A stretch of DNA of 64,000 nucleotides from Antedon mediterranea (taxonomy: Eukaryota > Animalia > Echinodermata), in the NCBI RefSeq assembly GCF_964355755.1, contig NC_092672.1, positions 33,982,437 to 34,046,436 of the forward strand. The letters are read 5' to 3'. The position numbers were made by a program, and so were the translations under genes. Position 1 is the first letter of the stretch, and each line of letters opens with the position of its first letter. Below are positions 53,157 through 64,000 of this stretch, one piece after another. The notes under the pieces are model-generated. The model was not told where the DNA came from, searched no databases, and saw only the letters and a program-made list of their open reading frames with translations.

Positions 53157-53539
53157 GGCATTCCATACTAATTGCGTGTGATCTGATTGGTGTATTATAA
53201 ATAAATTCATCGCGATGAATTTTTCAGTAGATGTAATGAGACAGTTCAGTAGATGTAATGACAGTTAATTTAATTGTTCTGCTCTTTTTGTACAAATCTA
53301 TACTACTTTATATTATGGATTTTGTAGTACTGTTAAAATTATTAAATCTCTGGAAGTGTGTTTTACGAGTATGTCCGCAAATTTATGCGTTTACGGTTTT
53401 AAAATGTGAGTTTTAAATAGCGAACATGATCTTGTTAGGTGCACTACGCACGCAGTATTCCAAAATGTCTTACTAATTGGGAGAAAATCATATTGTATCA
53501 TATCATATTATATCCATTCTTTAAATTCATATTCTTTAT

Positions 53540-54720
53540 CCAAAACTAAATTGGTATAGTAAAACACAGTGCTAGCAATTTATCATATTATTAAATGTTT
53601 CATATTCTTTATCATTGTGTTTTACTCTAATCAAATTGGTATAGTAAAACACAGTGCTAAATTGCTATGTGAATGTCATTTATCATATTTTTAAATGTTT
53701 CCTATTCTTTATCATTGTGCTTTACCATAACCAAATTGGTTATAGTAAAACACAGTGCTAAATTGCTATGTAAATGTTATTATCATATTATTAAATTCCT
53801 ATTCTTTATCATTGTGTTTTACTCTAACCAAATTGGTTATAGTAAAACACAGTGATAAATTGCTATGTAAATGTAATTTATCATGTTATTAAATGTTTCC
53901 TATTCTTTATCGTTGAGTTTTACTCTAATCAAATTGGTTATAGTAAAACACAGTGCTAAATTGCTATGTAAATGTTATATATCATATTATTAAATGTTTC
54001 CTATTCTTTATCATTGTGTTTTACTCTAATCTGATTGGTTATAGTAAAACAGAGTGCTAAATTGCTATGTGAATGTCATTTATCATGTTATTAAATGTTT
54101 CCTATTCTTTATCATTGTGCTTTACTCTAACCAAATTGGTTATAGTAAAACACAGTGCTAAATTGCTATGTTTTATCATTGTGTTTTACTCTAACCAAAT
54201 TGGTTATAGTAAAACACAGTGATAAATTGCTATGTAAATGTAATTTATCATGTTATTAAATGTTTCCTATTCTTTATCATTGTGTTTTACTCTAATCAAA
54301 TTGGTTATAGTAAAACACAGTGCTAAATTGCTATGTAAATGTTATATATCATATTATTAAATGTTTCTTATTCTTTATCATTGTGTTTTACTCTAATCTG
54401 ATTGGTTATAGTAAAACACAGTGCTAAATTGCTATGTGAATGTCATTTATCATGTTATTAAATGTTTCCTATTCTTTATCATTGTGCTTTACTCTAACCA
54501 AATTGGTTATAGTAAAACACAGTGCTAAATTGCTAAATGTCATTTATCATGTTATTAAATGTTTCTTATTCTTTATCATTGTGTTTTACTCTAACCAAAT
54601 TGGTTATAGTAAAACACAGTGCTAAATTGCTATGTAAATGTAATTTATCATATTATTAAATGTTTCCTATTCTTTATCATTGTGTTTTACTCTAACCAAA
54701 TTGGTTATAATTTATTTAAT
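53540..54720 (-). repeat. Tandem array of about 12 units of the same ~100-bp repeat, inverted (right arm)
   Basis: Reverse complement of the 47400-49700 unit (…TTCCTATTCTTTATCATTGTGTTTTACTCTAACCAAATTGGTTATAGTAAAACACAGTGCTAAATTGCTATG…). Confidence 0.95.
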
Positions 54721-55365
54721 TTCATTTCAAAAGACATTTACCTAAATTGCTATTTAATTATAGTAAAACACTGTGCTAAATTGCTATTGTATTAAGGACG
54801 AATTCCGAGAAGATGTATTCAAAGCTACAACCAATCAGAACAGTGTTAATCAATATAGTCCATGGCTACAGCCAATCAGAAACGTCCAAATCGCAATAAC
54901 CCCTAGGCTAATAGAAATTATTGGTCCGAGTAGCCTTTTCAACCAGACGTTGCGAGGTTTAAAAAGTAAAACATGATTTACTCGCCAGTTTGGTTTAGTT
55001 TATATACCTGCCAGGCTCCAAAAAACAAAACAAAATCGAAGTACGTGTGCGATGAAAACTATTATATGGCATTGGATCAACTTCAGTAACTTTGAAAACT
55101 CTGGTAATTGGGTGATACCTTGTCAGTATTGCATTTAATTTATACTCAATAGTTTATGAAATTGTTGAACTTTAGTAGTATCTTATTTATAGTTTCTCTG
55201 TTCCTGTTTTATAACGTTTTAATCGAACGCAAAACCTAGCCTGTTGTTTAAAGGAAGTTGTACTAGTTGAAAAGGTTGATACAATACCTCGTACACCGCG
55301 AAAAATATATCAGTACACCCTATACAAAGCCTAGGCCTGGTACTGCGGGAGAAGTTACTTTAATA

Positions 55366-58300
55366 ATGGTGTTGAACGCCAAGAAGCAAGGTATTGAAAA
55401 GAAGCTGTCAAAATTGTACACAAAGTGCAAGGAAAGTGGACTTACAGATGAAGAAATTCTGGCAGCTTCATCACCTCTGCAAGAGTATATTAAAAAATCT
55501 AAACAACTAGAGACTAGCAAGAAACGTATTCGGCTAGTGGTATGCACAGCAATTGCAATATGCGTTTTAGCAATATTGTTTCAATATGATCCTATATACA
55601 GGGTAGTGTGTATCGTTGGACGAATTTTATCTATTAAGGTAAATTAAAGTTTCACATTCTATAAGTTGCAATTTTAAGTTATAATATTAATAATATTATT
55701 TTTTCATTTTAAATTTATTTTATTTATAATTTTACATTCATGTAATATCAATAAATCACAAAAGAAGGCCAAACGGGACTTTTTCAGTCAAATTTTCCTA
55801 ATAAATTTTTTATTGAAAAAAAAATTATATCTTTGGAAGAGAATTTTTTTTAATCATTCCATTTTCAGTCTGCCTTTCTGGAGATCCCTTTTCATCTTTT
55901 CTTTTAATAATACTTTTTTTTTCATTATGTGATGAATAAATGTGTTCGTAATTTGCAGACTCTACCATTTTATGATTGGAGTGAATTCTATTATATGGAT
56001 TGTGTACTTTATAACCCATATTATTTAAGAGATGGACTTACTGAAGAAGATTGTGAGGTTGGTAATAATTACCTTGTTACTATATGTTATGTTTAGTTTT
56101 AATAACATTTTACTCTTTAGCTGATGTAAAGTTGTTATATTATTATTTAATTGCACTGATGATGTTGGTCGGTGCAACAACGAAACATGTTTGAAAACAA
56201 TTTGGTCATAAAACTTAAGTTAAAATATCTTAATTTTTACGGCAACAATACACACGACATCACCTTAAACACGGGTGTCAATCAAAGACTTCTAAAAGTT
56301 GGGAAAGCTCTTGAAAAAATCCATAAAAGCAGCAGCTGATATAATATAAACTACTTAAATTATATTTTTTATTTAAAAAATAACTTAAATGACAGTTGGT
56401 TACTTATTATAGATTATTTCAAAGTTTTTCCTCTTTTAAAAAAAAGCATTTATTGTATGACACTTAAACGGGTACTTATTAAATGAAGATCAATTTTAAT
56501 TATTTTTACTACTTACTTACTTACTTACTTTTTACTTATATATCATCAAAAAATACTTTTTGAATTCTATTTTCTAAGACATTCTTCTGTATTTTTTTTA
56601 GATGTGTGAAGATTTATTGTATGTTGAAACTTTTGAACATCTTGACCCAAAAAATACAACTTATTTTTTATTTGACAACATTCCTATAGTTGTGACAGAC
56701 GCATTAGACAGCTGGAAGGCAACAAAGGAGTTTAATCTAGAGTATATTAAAAAGGTAATAATTAAACTGATTTTATTTATTGCAATGAAAATAGAAAGAA
56801 AATCGTGAACCGAATAAATGAAGGAATCATGAAATTGTTCTACTGCAGTTACTGCAGCAATAACATGATTTTAGTTTCTTTAATAAAGATAATAGTTAGG
56901 GTTAAACTTCAGTAAACAATATTTATGATTACCAAAAAAGACTTTCTAAATAATTCCATTAACGGATGGACTAAACAAAATGTAGTAGAAGAGCACTAAA
57001 ACTTGTAAAAGAGGCAATTTCAGATTCCTTAAAATATAAAAGAAGAACAGGGAACTAATCCTGTTACACTATAGACCATACTGGACGTTACAACCTTTTT
57101 TTTCCATCCGTCACAAACCAGGAGGTCACTTCCTCAGAGGCCACTCCCTCAGAGGCCACTCCAAAACACTATCAAAATCCAGGCACAACACCAAAACAAT
57201 AGACAATTATTTGACACAAGGATCACAGACAAATGGAACACACTACATCAACATGTTATTTCAAATAATCATATGACAAGCATATTAACACATCCAAGAG
57301 AGGAGGCAGTCAATATGAGTATTAACTCACTTGCCTCCTGATTCACTTAAAGCTAAGAGCACTTAATGGTAAGGTAAGAGCTGTAAAGCTTGGTTCCCAC
57401 TAGAACGTAACGCAAGGACGTAAACGCAACGCAAGCGTTTTAACCAACGACAAGCGAAGTTATAGACAGTTAGCAATCACAAGCGAATAAGCCATCTCTT
57501 GTGATTGGTCAATTCACTTGCGTTGTGTTACGTCCTTGTGTTGCGTCGCTAGTGGGAATCACGCTTTAAAGGTAAGGTAAGAGTACTTGCCATATTGTAG
57601 ATAATAGTAATGTTGATACTGCTGGTGATATTGTGAAAGCTGGGGCCTCATATGTGCCGAGGGTTCCTTCTTTGAAAATGTATCTTCCTACTATCAATTA
57701 GAGCATTTTGTAATGTTTACTCATGGTGGAAAACCTATTTTGATAAAGAAAAGTAACATGAAAAAATAATTTATTTAAAAATGTACAGGTATTATATACA
57801 TTTTTTGTTAAGTGATAATTGACAGTCCATAACAAAATAACTACCTTTACTAAGCCTGGGTTCATTTTCTAAAAAATTATCTCCCAACAATCCATTGGAG
57901 AATATTGCAACTGTATACTCATGGCAAACCTAATTTGAGAAAGAAACTATGAAACAAAATTCAATTACAATTTAGAGGTTCACCTAATATTAATTTTTCA
58001 TTAGGCTAAAATAAAAAAATAGCTTCTTGTTTCCGGTTGAGCGCCTAGGTGGATTTTTTTCTCCAGAAAATAATAGCTGATAATTGACAGTGCATAACAT
58101 AATAACTTTCTTTACTAACAATTAAACACACCTTCTATGCAGCAATACAATTATTACATTGATTTGTATCATCAACAGGAAGTTTTTATCATTATTAATA
58201 GTACTTAGACTATTACCAGGTACTTTTACTGATCACCACACCTTTTAACAGATGTGTTACTATTATTATGATAACAATAAGCCACAATAAATGCTGTTCC

Positions 58301-61300
58301 TTCATAAGGAAAATTGTATGATTTATTTAGCCTGACAAACAATAAGCCACAATACATGCTGTGTTATTTGTACAATACATGCATTCATTCATGGGACTTA
58401 TAAACACACTATCTGAGATTATAACATTGGGCCTGTTTCTGCTGCAACTGCTCAAAATACGGTATAAAAATACGGTATAAAATACGGTATAAAGGAAGTT
58501 TTACGTCTCACTTTCAACAGCCTAGCCCTAGTGATAGAGATGTTGTGAGAGCACAGAAAACATCGTAATTTATTTAGTAAAACTGTGACGTCTTCGCTCC
58601 ACATTTTCGCCGAATATCTATACACGTGTGTAAAGCAGCTGACAGCGACAGAAAATAAAAACACGAATGTTGACCTTTTGTCATGTAAAAAAAAAATACG
58701 GTATTTTTTATTGGCAGCAGAAACGGGTACAAAAAATACGGTATAAATTTGTAAATACCGTATTTTATCCACAAATTTTTTGGGGAAAATACGGTATACA
58801 AAATACGGTATATTTTTTATGAGCGCAGTTTCTGCTGCCAAAAATATACCGTATATATACGGTATTCAAAAAATACCGTATAATATACGGTATTTAGTTG
58901 GCAGCAGAAACAGGGCCATTGTATGATTTTTTTAGCATAAACAAACAATAAGCCAACATAAATGCTGTGTTATTTGTACAATACTGTAAATGCATTCATT
59001 CATGGGACTTATGAACACACTATCTGATTATAACATTGTATGATTTTTTTAGCATAAACAAACAATAGGCCAAAATAAATGCTGTGTTATTTGTACAATA
59101 AATGCATTCATTCATGGGACTTATAAACACACTATCTGATTATAACATTGTATGATTTTTTTAGCATAAACAAACAATAAGCCACAATACATGCTGTATT
59201 TTTTTAACAGCAATACATGCATTCATTCATGGGACTTATAAACACACAATCTGATTATAACATTGTATGATTTTTTTAGCATAAACAAACAATAAGCCAC
59301 AATAAATACTGTGTTATTTGTACAATAAATGCATTACCTTCATGGGACTTATATAAACACACTATCTGCTTTATATAAAATTGTATGATTTATTTAGCAT
59401 AACAAACAATAAGCCACAATAAATACTGTGTTATTTGTACAATAAATGCATTACCTTCATAGGACTTATATAAACACACTATCTGCTTTATATAAAATTA
59501 TATGATTTATTTAGCATAACAAACAATAAGCCACTGTAGTATTTGTACAATAACATTACCTTCATGGGAGTTATAAGCACTCTGCATCTGCTTTCTATAA
59601 AATTGTATTTTTTATTTATTTACCATAACACACAATATAGCTCATAAATAATGTTTAATAACAGAAAATAATTTTATTATTTTTATTTTTATTTTATTTT
59701 ATTTCATCATCACCCTACAGTGACCAAACGTCACCATTAACAGGGTTGAAAGTCATAAAATACAACATATTATATACAAGCAAATATCAACAGATAACAA
59801 GACAACATTTAAATATTACTGACATTAGACAAAACCTTCTGACGGAAACAAGCATGGGAATCAAAAAAAATATCAACAGATCCATCAATTTTACATAGTG
59901 AGTGGTATAACTTAGGCAAACGATTAACAAAACCATTTTTAGTAATATTTACCCTCCCTCTTGATATAGAAAATAAAGCAGGATTAAGCAATTGATATTG
60001 TGGAACAGAAATAGGAAAGTACACTTCAAAATTACCATGGAAAATTGAGTTCACAGCCTTAAAAAGAAAAATTAAATAAAATAACTTACGCCTACCCGCT
60101 AAATTAATAAGAACGTCTTTGCTAATAGAACCAAATTTACGCACATAAAATCGACAAAACTTGTTCTGTACACTTTGTAATCTAGAAGACTGGGCAAGAG
60201 AAATAGAGTTAAAAATAACACTGCAGAATTCAAGATTCGACCTAACTAAAGATTTGTATAAAATAACTAATGCCTTTTTATCGTTAATATGTCTGCAATG
60301 TCTGCAATGTCTCCAAAGAAAACCCAAAAGTCTATTGCATTTAGAGACTATAAAATCAATATGTTTACAGAAGGTTAATGAACTATCTAAAAAAATACCA
60401 AGGTCTTTGTGAACAGAGACTCTTTCAAGTATAATATTCTTAATATAAAAGTCAAAATAGATGGGTTTTTTCTTAAGAGTAAAAGACATTGATTTGCATT
60501 TGGAGGCATTGACTGACATATTCCAAGTGTCGCACCAGTGAATGAGTCTGTCAACATCTTCTTGTAACAACAACATATCATTTAAAGTTTGTATAGACTT
60601 AAATAATTTAATATCATCAGCAAACATAAGAACATTAGAATGACGAGGAACAAAGGAAAAATCGTTGAAAAACATAATGAAAAAAAGAGGCCCCAAAATA
60701 GACCCCTGAGGCACGCCAGATAAAACTGGAAGCCATTCAGACGTGTTACCATCAAAAGTGACTCTCTGAAACCTGTCCGATAAATAACTTGTAAAAAATA
60801 AAATTAAATCGTGATTTAGACCAAATTGTTGAAGTTTGAACAAGAACAACTTATGGGAAACCCTGTCAAAGGCTTTAGCCATGTCTGTATATACAACTTC
60901 GCATTGCCCTTTTGCATTTATTGCGTCATACGCATGTGACAACAGAACAGACAAATTTGTTTCACAAGACCTCCCTGGGTAAAATCCGTGTTGATGGTCA
61001 CTAATAACTGGTGATATATGTTTAAAAATTTGGTCGTGAACAATTTTTTCAAATACTTTAGAAATAGTTGGCAACAATGAAACCGGTCTATAATTGCGTA
61101 CATCAGATTTAGAACCAGCTTTAAAGATAGGGCACATGTTAGCTTGCTTCCATTTTATCGGAAAACGTTTCTCAGAAATGCATCTTTCAAATAAAATTTT
61201 ACAAGGGAAAGAAAGAGGTTTGGCAGCTAAAGACAAAACAATCATCATTACCTGAAGCCTTATGAGAATCAATTTCATTAATGTGCTTTTCTATAACCTC

Positions 61301-62032
61301 CTGATTAAACTCAAGTTTAGATAAGCAATCAATGGGATATTCAGGAAGATTAGGAATATCCAAATCGTTGTTAACAGGACTAAAAACAGAATAAAAAAAT
61401 TGATTAAGTAAGTTTGCTTTGTCTTTTACAGTGTAAGCTAACTGATTATTAAAATGAAGTTCTGAAGGGATGTTATTATTTTTTCTTGAGGATTTTATCC
61501 AAGACCAAAAACGTTTCGGATTACAACTTAAATTACAACATAATGAATTAACATAGGTTCGATACTTAAATCTACAAAGTCGTTTAAAATTTGACCTAGC
61601 AAATCGAAAATTTTCAATATTTAACCTATTTGGATTACGTTTTTTTTCTCTAAAATATGATTCTTTAGATTTCAGAGCAGTGTAGACCTCATTATCAAAC
61701 CATGGTGGGAGTTTTCTCTTAGGTCTAAAAACAGGGACGAGATCTTTGATAGTAGCAAAAATAAAATCATAAAATAAATTAACTGCCTCATCAATGTCAA
61801 CGGCAAGATCAAGTAAATTATATAATTATTATTTACTTTCCATAAACAAAACACATATGGAAAGGGTTTTTTTCACTTCACAATATTGTCATTCTTACTC
61901 ACTTTAGTTATATAGTGAAGATGAAGTTTTAGCAACATCTACTGTGTGTTCATTTGTTAGTCAATCAGAAGATGATTTTCCAACTTTTTTACAAACTTTA
62001 GGAGAAACAAGTCCAACATGGAATATACGCTG
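55366..62032 (+). CDS. C6orf89/BRAP-like single-pass membrane protein with a cupin/JmjC-like fold, 3' incomplete. Exons: 55366-55638, 55959-56057, 56602-56754, 61908-62032
   Basis: In-phase GT-AG exons encode a TM segment (LVVCTAIAICVLAILF), LPFYDW..C..NP..DCEMCE, PIVVTDALDSWKA..F and TWNIRW. The exons are well supported; the family call is from memory and tentative. Confidence 0.6.
57387..57567. mobile_element. Family-B MITE (Harbinger-like)
   Basis: AAGCTTGGTTCCCACTAG…CTAGTGGGAATCACGCTT; palindromic along most of its length. Confidence 0.78.
58255..59620 (+). repeat. Tandem repeat of ~112-118-bp units (about 8), interrupted by a MITE
   Basis: GTATGATTT…AAACAATAAGCCACAATA…TTCATGGGACTTAT…ACACTATCTG recurs at about 58921, 59038, 59150, 59265, 59383 and 59501. 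Confidence 0.9.
58429..58917. mobile_element. MITE with GG..CC termini and 3-bp TSD ATT (Harbinger/Zator-like)
   Basis: ATT|GGGCCTGTTTCTGCTGC…GGCAGCAGAAACAGGGCC|ATT; the uninterrupted neighbouring units read AACATTGTATG. Confidence 0.88.
59670..61850 (-). mobile_element. 5'-truncated, frameshifted non-LTR retrotransposon (CR1/L2-like) with RT ORF 59809-61278, inside intron 3 of the C6orf89-like gene
   Basis: RT motifs NYRPVSLL, QHGF, DMAKAFD, SGVPQGSILGP, FADD, DLG and YKSLVRSNLEF. An A-rich tail appears on + as (TTTTA)n near 59670-59700. Upstream ORF pieces are out of frame. Confidence 0.92.
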
Positions 62033-64000
62033 GTGAGTATGCAAACATTTTCTCTTAAGAAACATTTTGATTCTGTCTGAGTTGAATCTCGACAAGACGA
62101 GATATCGTAGGGCATAGTTTTTAGGTGGTCTGAAAGACATTAAACATGTTTAACTTTCTCCTAACTGAGTTGGCGTTACGAAACCAACCAAAACCAGACA
62201 TTGTTCATACAATCTTTTAGAATTTGCATTTTTTTTATAGTTTTAAAAAGCCATAAACACAATAATAATATATAATAAATTAAATTCTCATAGTAGTAGC
62301 GTGTTCAACAGTTAAAAATTCACAAAGAACAAAAGGTGACAGATAGCTGTACAAATTACATATATTGACCAGTTTTAATTGTTGTAAAGGTCATTTTGAA
62401 TAGTCAGTATATTAAACAGGGAAGAGTGAAAATAACTCTTCCCTAGTATAAAGCAATAATTATATGTATTATAACATAACAAATATTAGTGATAATTTTC
62501 ACTTTCTACTTAGTTTCTACACAAAAAGGCCAAAAATTCCAGAATATATTAATTTTTCTTTTGGATGATCCAAAGAGAATAAAACATATGTTTTTGCTCT
62601 AGCTTTCGCTGGTTCAACGACTCAGCTTAATCATGAGTGAGTCTATGTGACTTGAAATTGTTACCATGCGTCATTGAACTAACGAAAGCTAGAGTAAAAA
62701 CATAAGTTTTACGGTGTTATTCCCTTTGGATCATCCAAAAGAAAAATGATTTGAATACTATACAGAGATCCAGATAAACCTTTCTACTAATGTTGATGAA
62801 TTGTAAGGACATTTATAGAATTTCATTTCATTTCATTATTTATTTGGTCTATTTGAGTATATACATTACAAAAAAAAACTTAAATTGGGGCCACCAGGGT
62901 CAACCTAAGTGAACTGAATCATTGTAGCTGAGCCGGTTGACCCAACCCCAAAGTCAGTTTACACATAAAAGACGAAAGACAAAATACAGTTACAGCGAAT
63001 CAAAATGAATGTGAACTTTTCTAATGAAGGCTGATGGGCTTTCTATGACTGCAGCATGCAGCATGCTTGATTTAATCAACCTAATTAAATACTAACAGAT
63101 TAGGTACTTAATTTTGACAATTTTCTAGCTTAACCAGTACTCTAAACAAAATTGATGATGCGATTTACATTTGTCTAAGACAGATTATGGTTTTAAATTT
63201 GATCTATATCTTGTGATGTTACACCATATAATTATCTTTTGTGTATTTAGTTCATGATGTATTGTTTTTTATGTCATTTTTCTAACTTTATTTGTAAATT
63301 ATTATAGTGTTAACTTTGGAGCAGAATATGCCTGACGAGTAGGGGGTTACCCCGGTGTATTAGTACATCACAGCCACTGATCACCAACTGTGCCCTCTGG
63401 GAGACCAGTCTTTGACTGAAGAGGTTACCCAGTATAAATATATATTTCAATCAATCGATTCAATGTCTGTATAGTGTATTGCATAATTTTCCTGAAACCA
63501 GAAAGGAAAAATATATTTACTGTATATAATTGATCTTTTACTAAACTTAAAACTCACCCTAATTAAATTTTGTTTAGAGAATCAGAGAACTAAGAAATCC
63601 CATAAATAATAAAAATAATACATTATTACTATCAATATCATTAAGCACTTTGAATGTTAAGGCTACAGAGTGGGATTAAAATATTATAACACACACATTA
63701 TATACATCTAATATTAATACCGCGTTTCCACATTTCTGTATAATAAACCATTTAATTAAAATAGTGGATTATAATCATTATTAATAATGAAATTTGCTTT
63801 ATCAGCAACTTCTCTTACCGTAAATCAATATTCACTGACTAATAGCGTAAATCACTCACACATCCCGTAATTACCCATTTAATTTGTACAATTGTTAAGT
63901 AGATACTAAAAATGGAGTGGTTAATTTAAAACGTAATAGGTCAGTGAACTTATGAGACTCGTTGAAGTGCATGTTTCCGTTTACAATGCGAATAGTAATT

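Larger units (their letters stand above)
47001..55010. mobile_element. 8-kb non-autonomous foldback DNA element with TIRs and 7-bp TSD CCAGGCT
   Basis: Left end GAGCTATATA..CCAAATTGGCGAGTAAATCATGTTTTACTTTAAA is the near reverse complement of right end TTTAAAAAGTAAAACATGATTTACTCGCCAGTTTGG..TATATACCTG. CCAGGCT flanks both ends (46994-47000 and 55011-55017). Inverted tandem arrays lie inside. Confidence 0.8.

Noticed and set aside
51962-53181. ORFs with MKIAS and HRRNF repeats as a possible element-encoded protein
   Set aside because: They are translations of a 15-bp tandem repeat that is open in several frames, with no recognisable domain.
59809-61278. RT as a domesticated gene or a retron/DGR-type system
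   Set aside because: Ordinary non-LTR RT with a 3' tail, 5' truncation and upstream frameshifts; no associated template or accessory genes.

Overview
AT-rich, intron-rich eukaryotic DNA, probably from an invertebrate deuterostome such as an echinoderm (taxon is inference only). Five spliced genes were reconstructed by eye: the N-terminal half of an ABCB1/P-glycoprotein (minus, runs off the left edge), Derlin-2 (minus), SUDS3/SDS3 (plus), THOC5 (minus) and a C6orf89/BRAP-like membrane-anchored cupin/JmjC-like gene (plus, runs off the right edge). DERL2 has a U12-type GT-AG intron; SUDS3 has a U12 AT-AC intron and a GC-AG intron. Non-coding DNA is dense with MITEs, LINE fragments and minisatellites. 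Two structures stand out. The first is an 8.0-kb non-coding foldback element (47001-55010) with terminal inverted repeats, a 7-bp TSD, several nested levels of palindrome and promoter motifs near both ends, lying in the THOC5/C6orf89-like divergent promoter. The second is a 3.6-kb long-armed foldback nested in a TTAA-flanked MITE, filling most of the DERL2 minor-spliceosome intron. No CRISPR, rRNA or tRNA genes were seen. Gene names rest on remembered protein similarity, not database searches.
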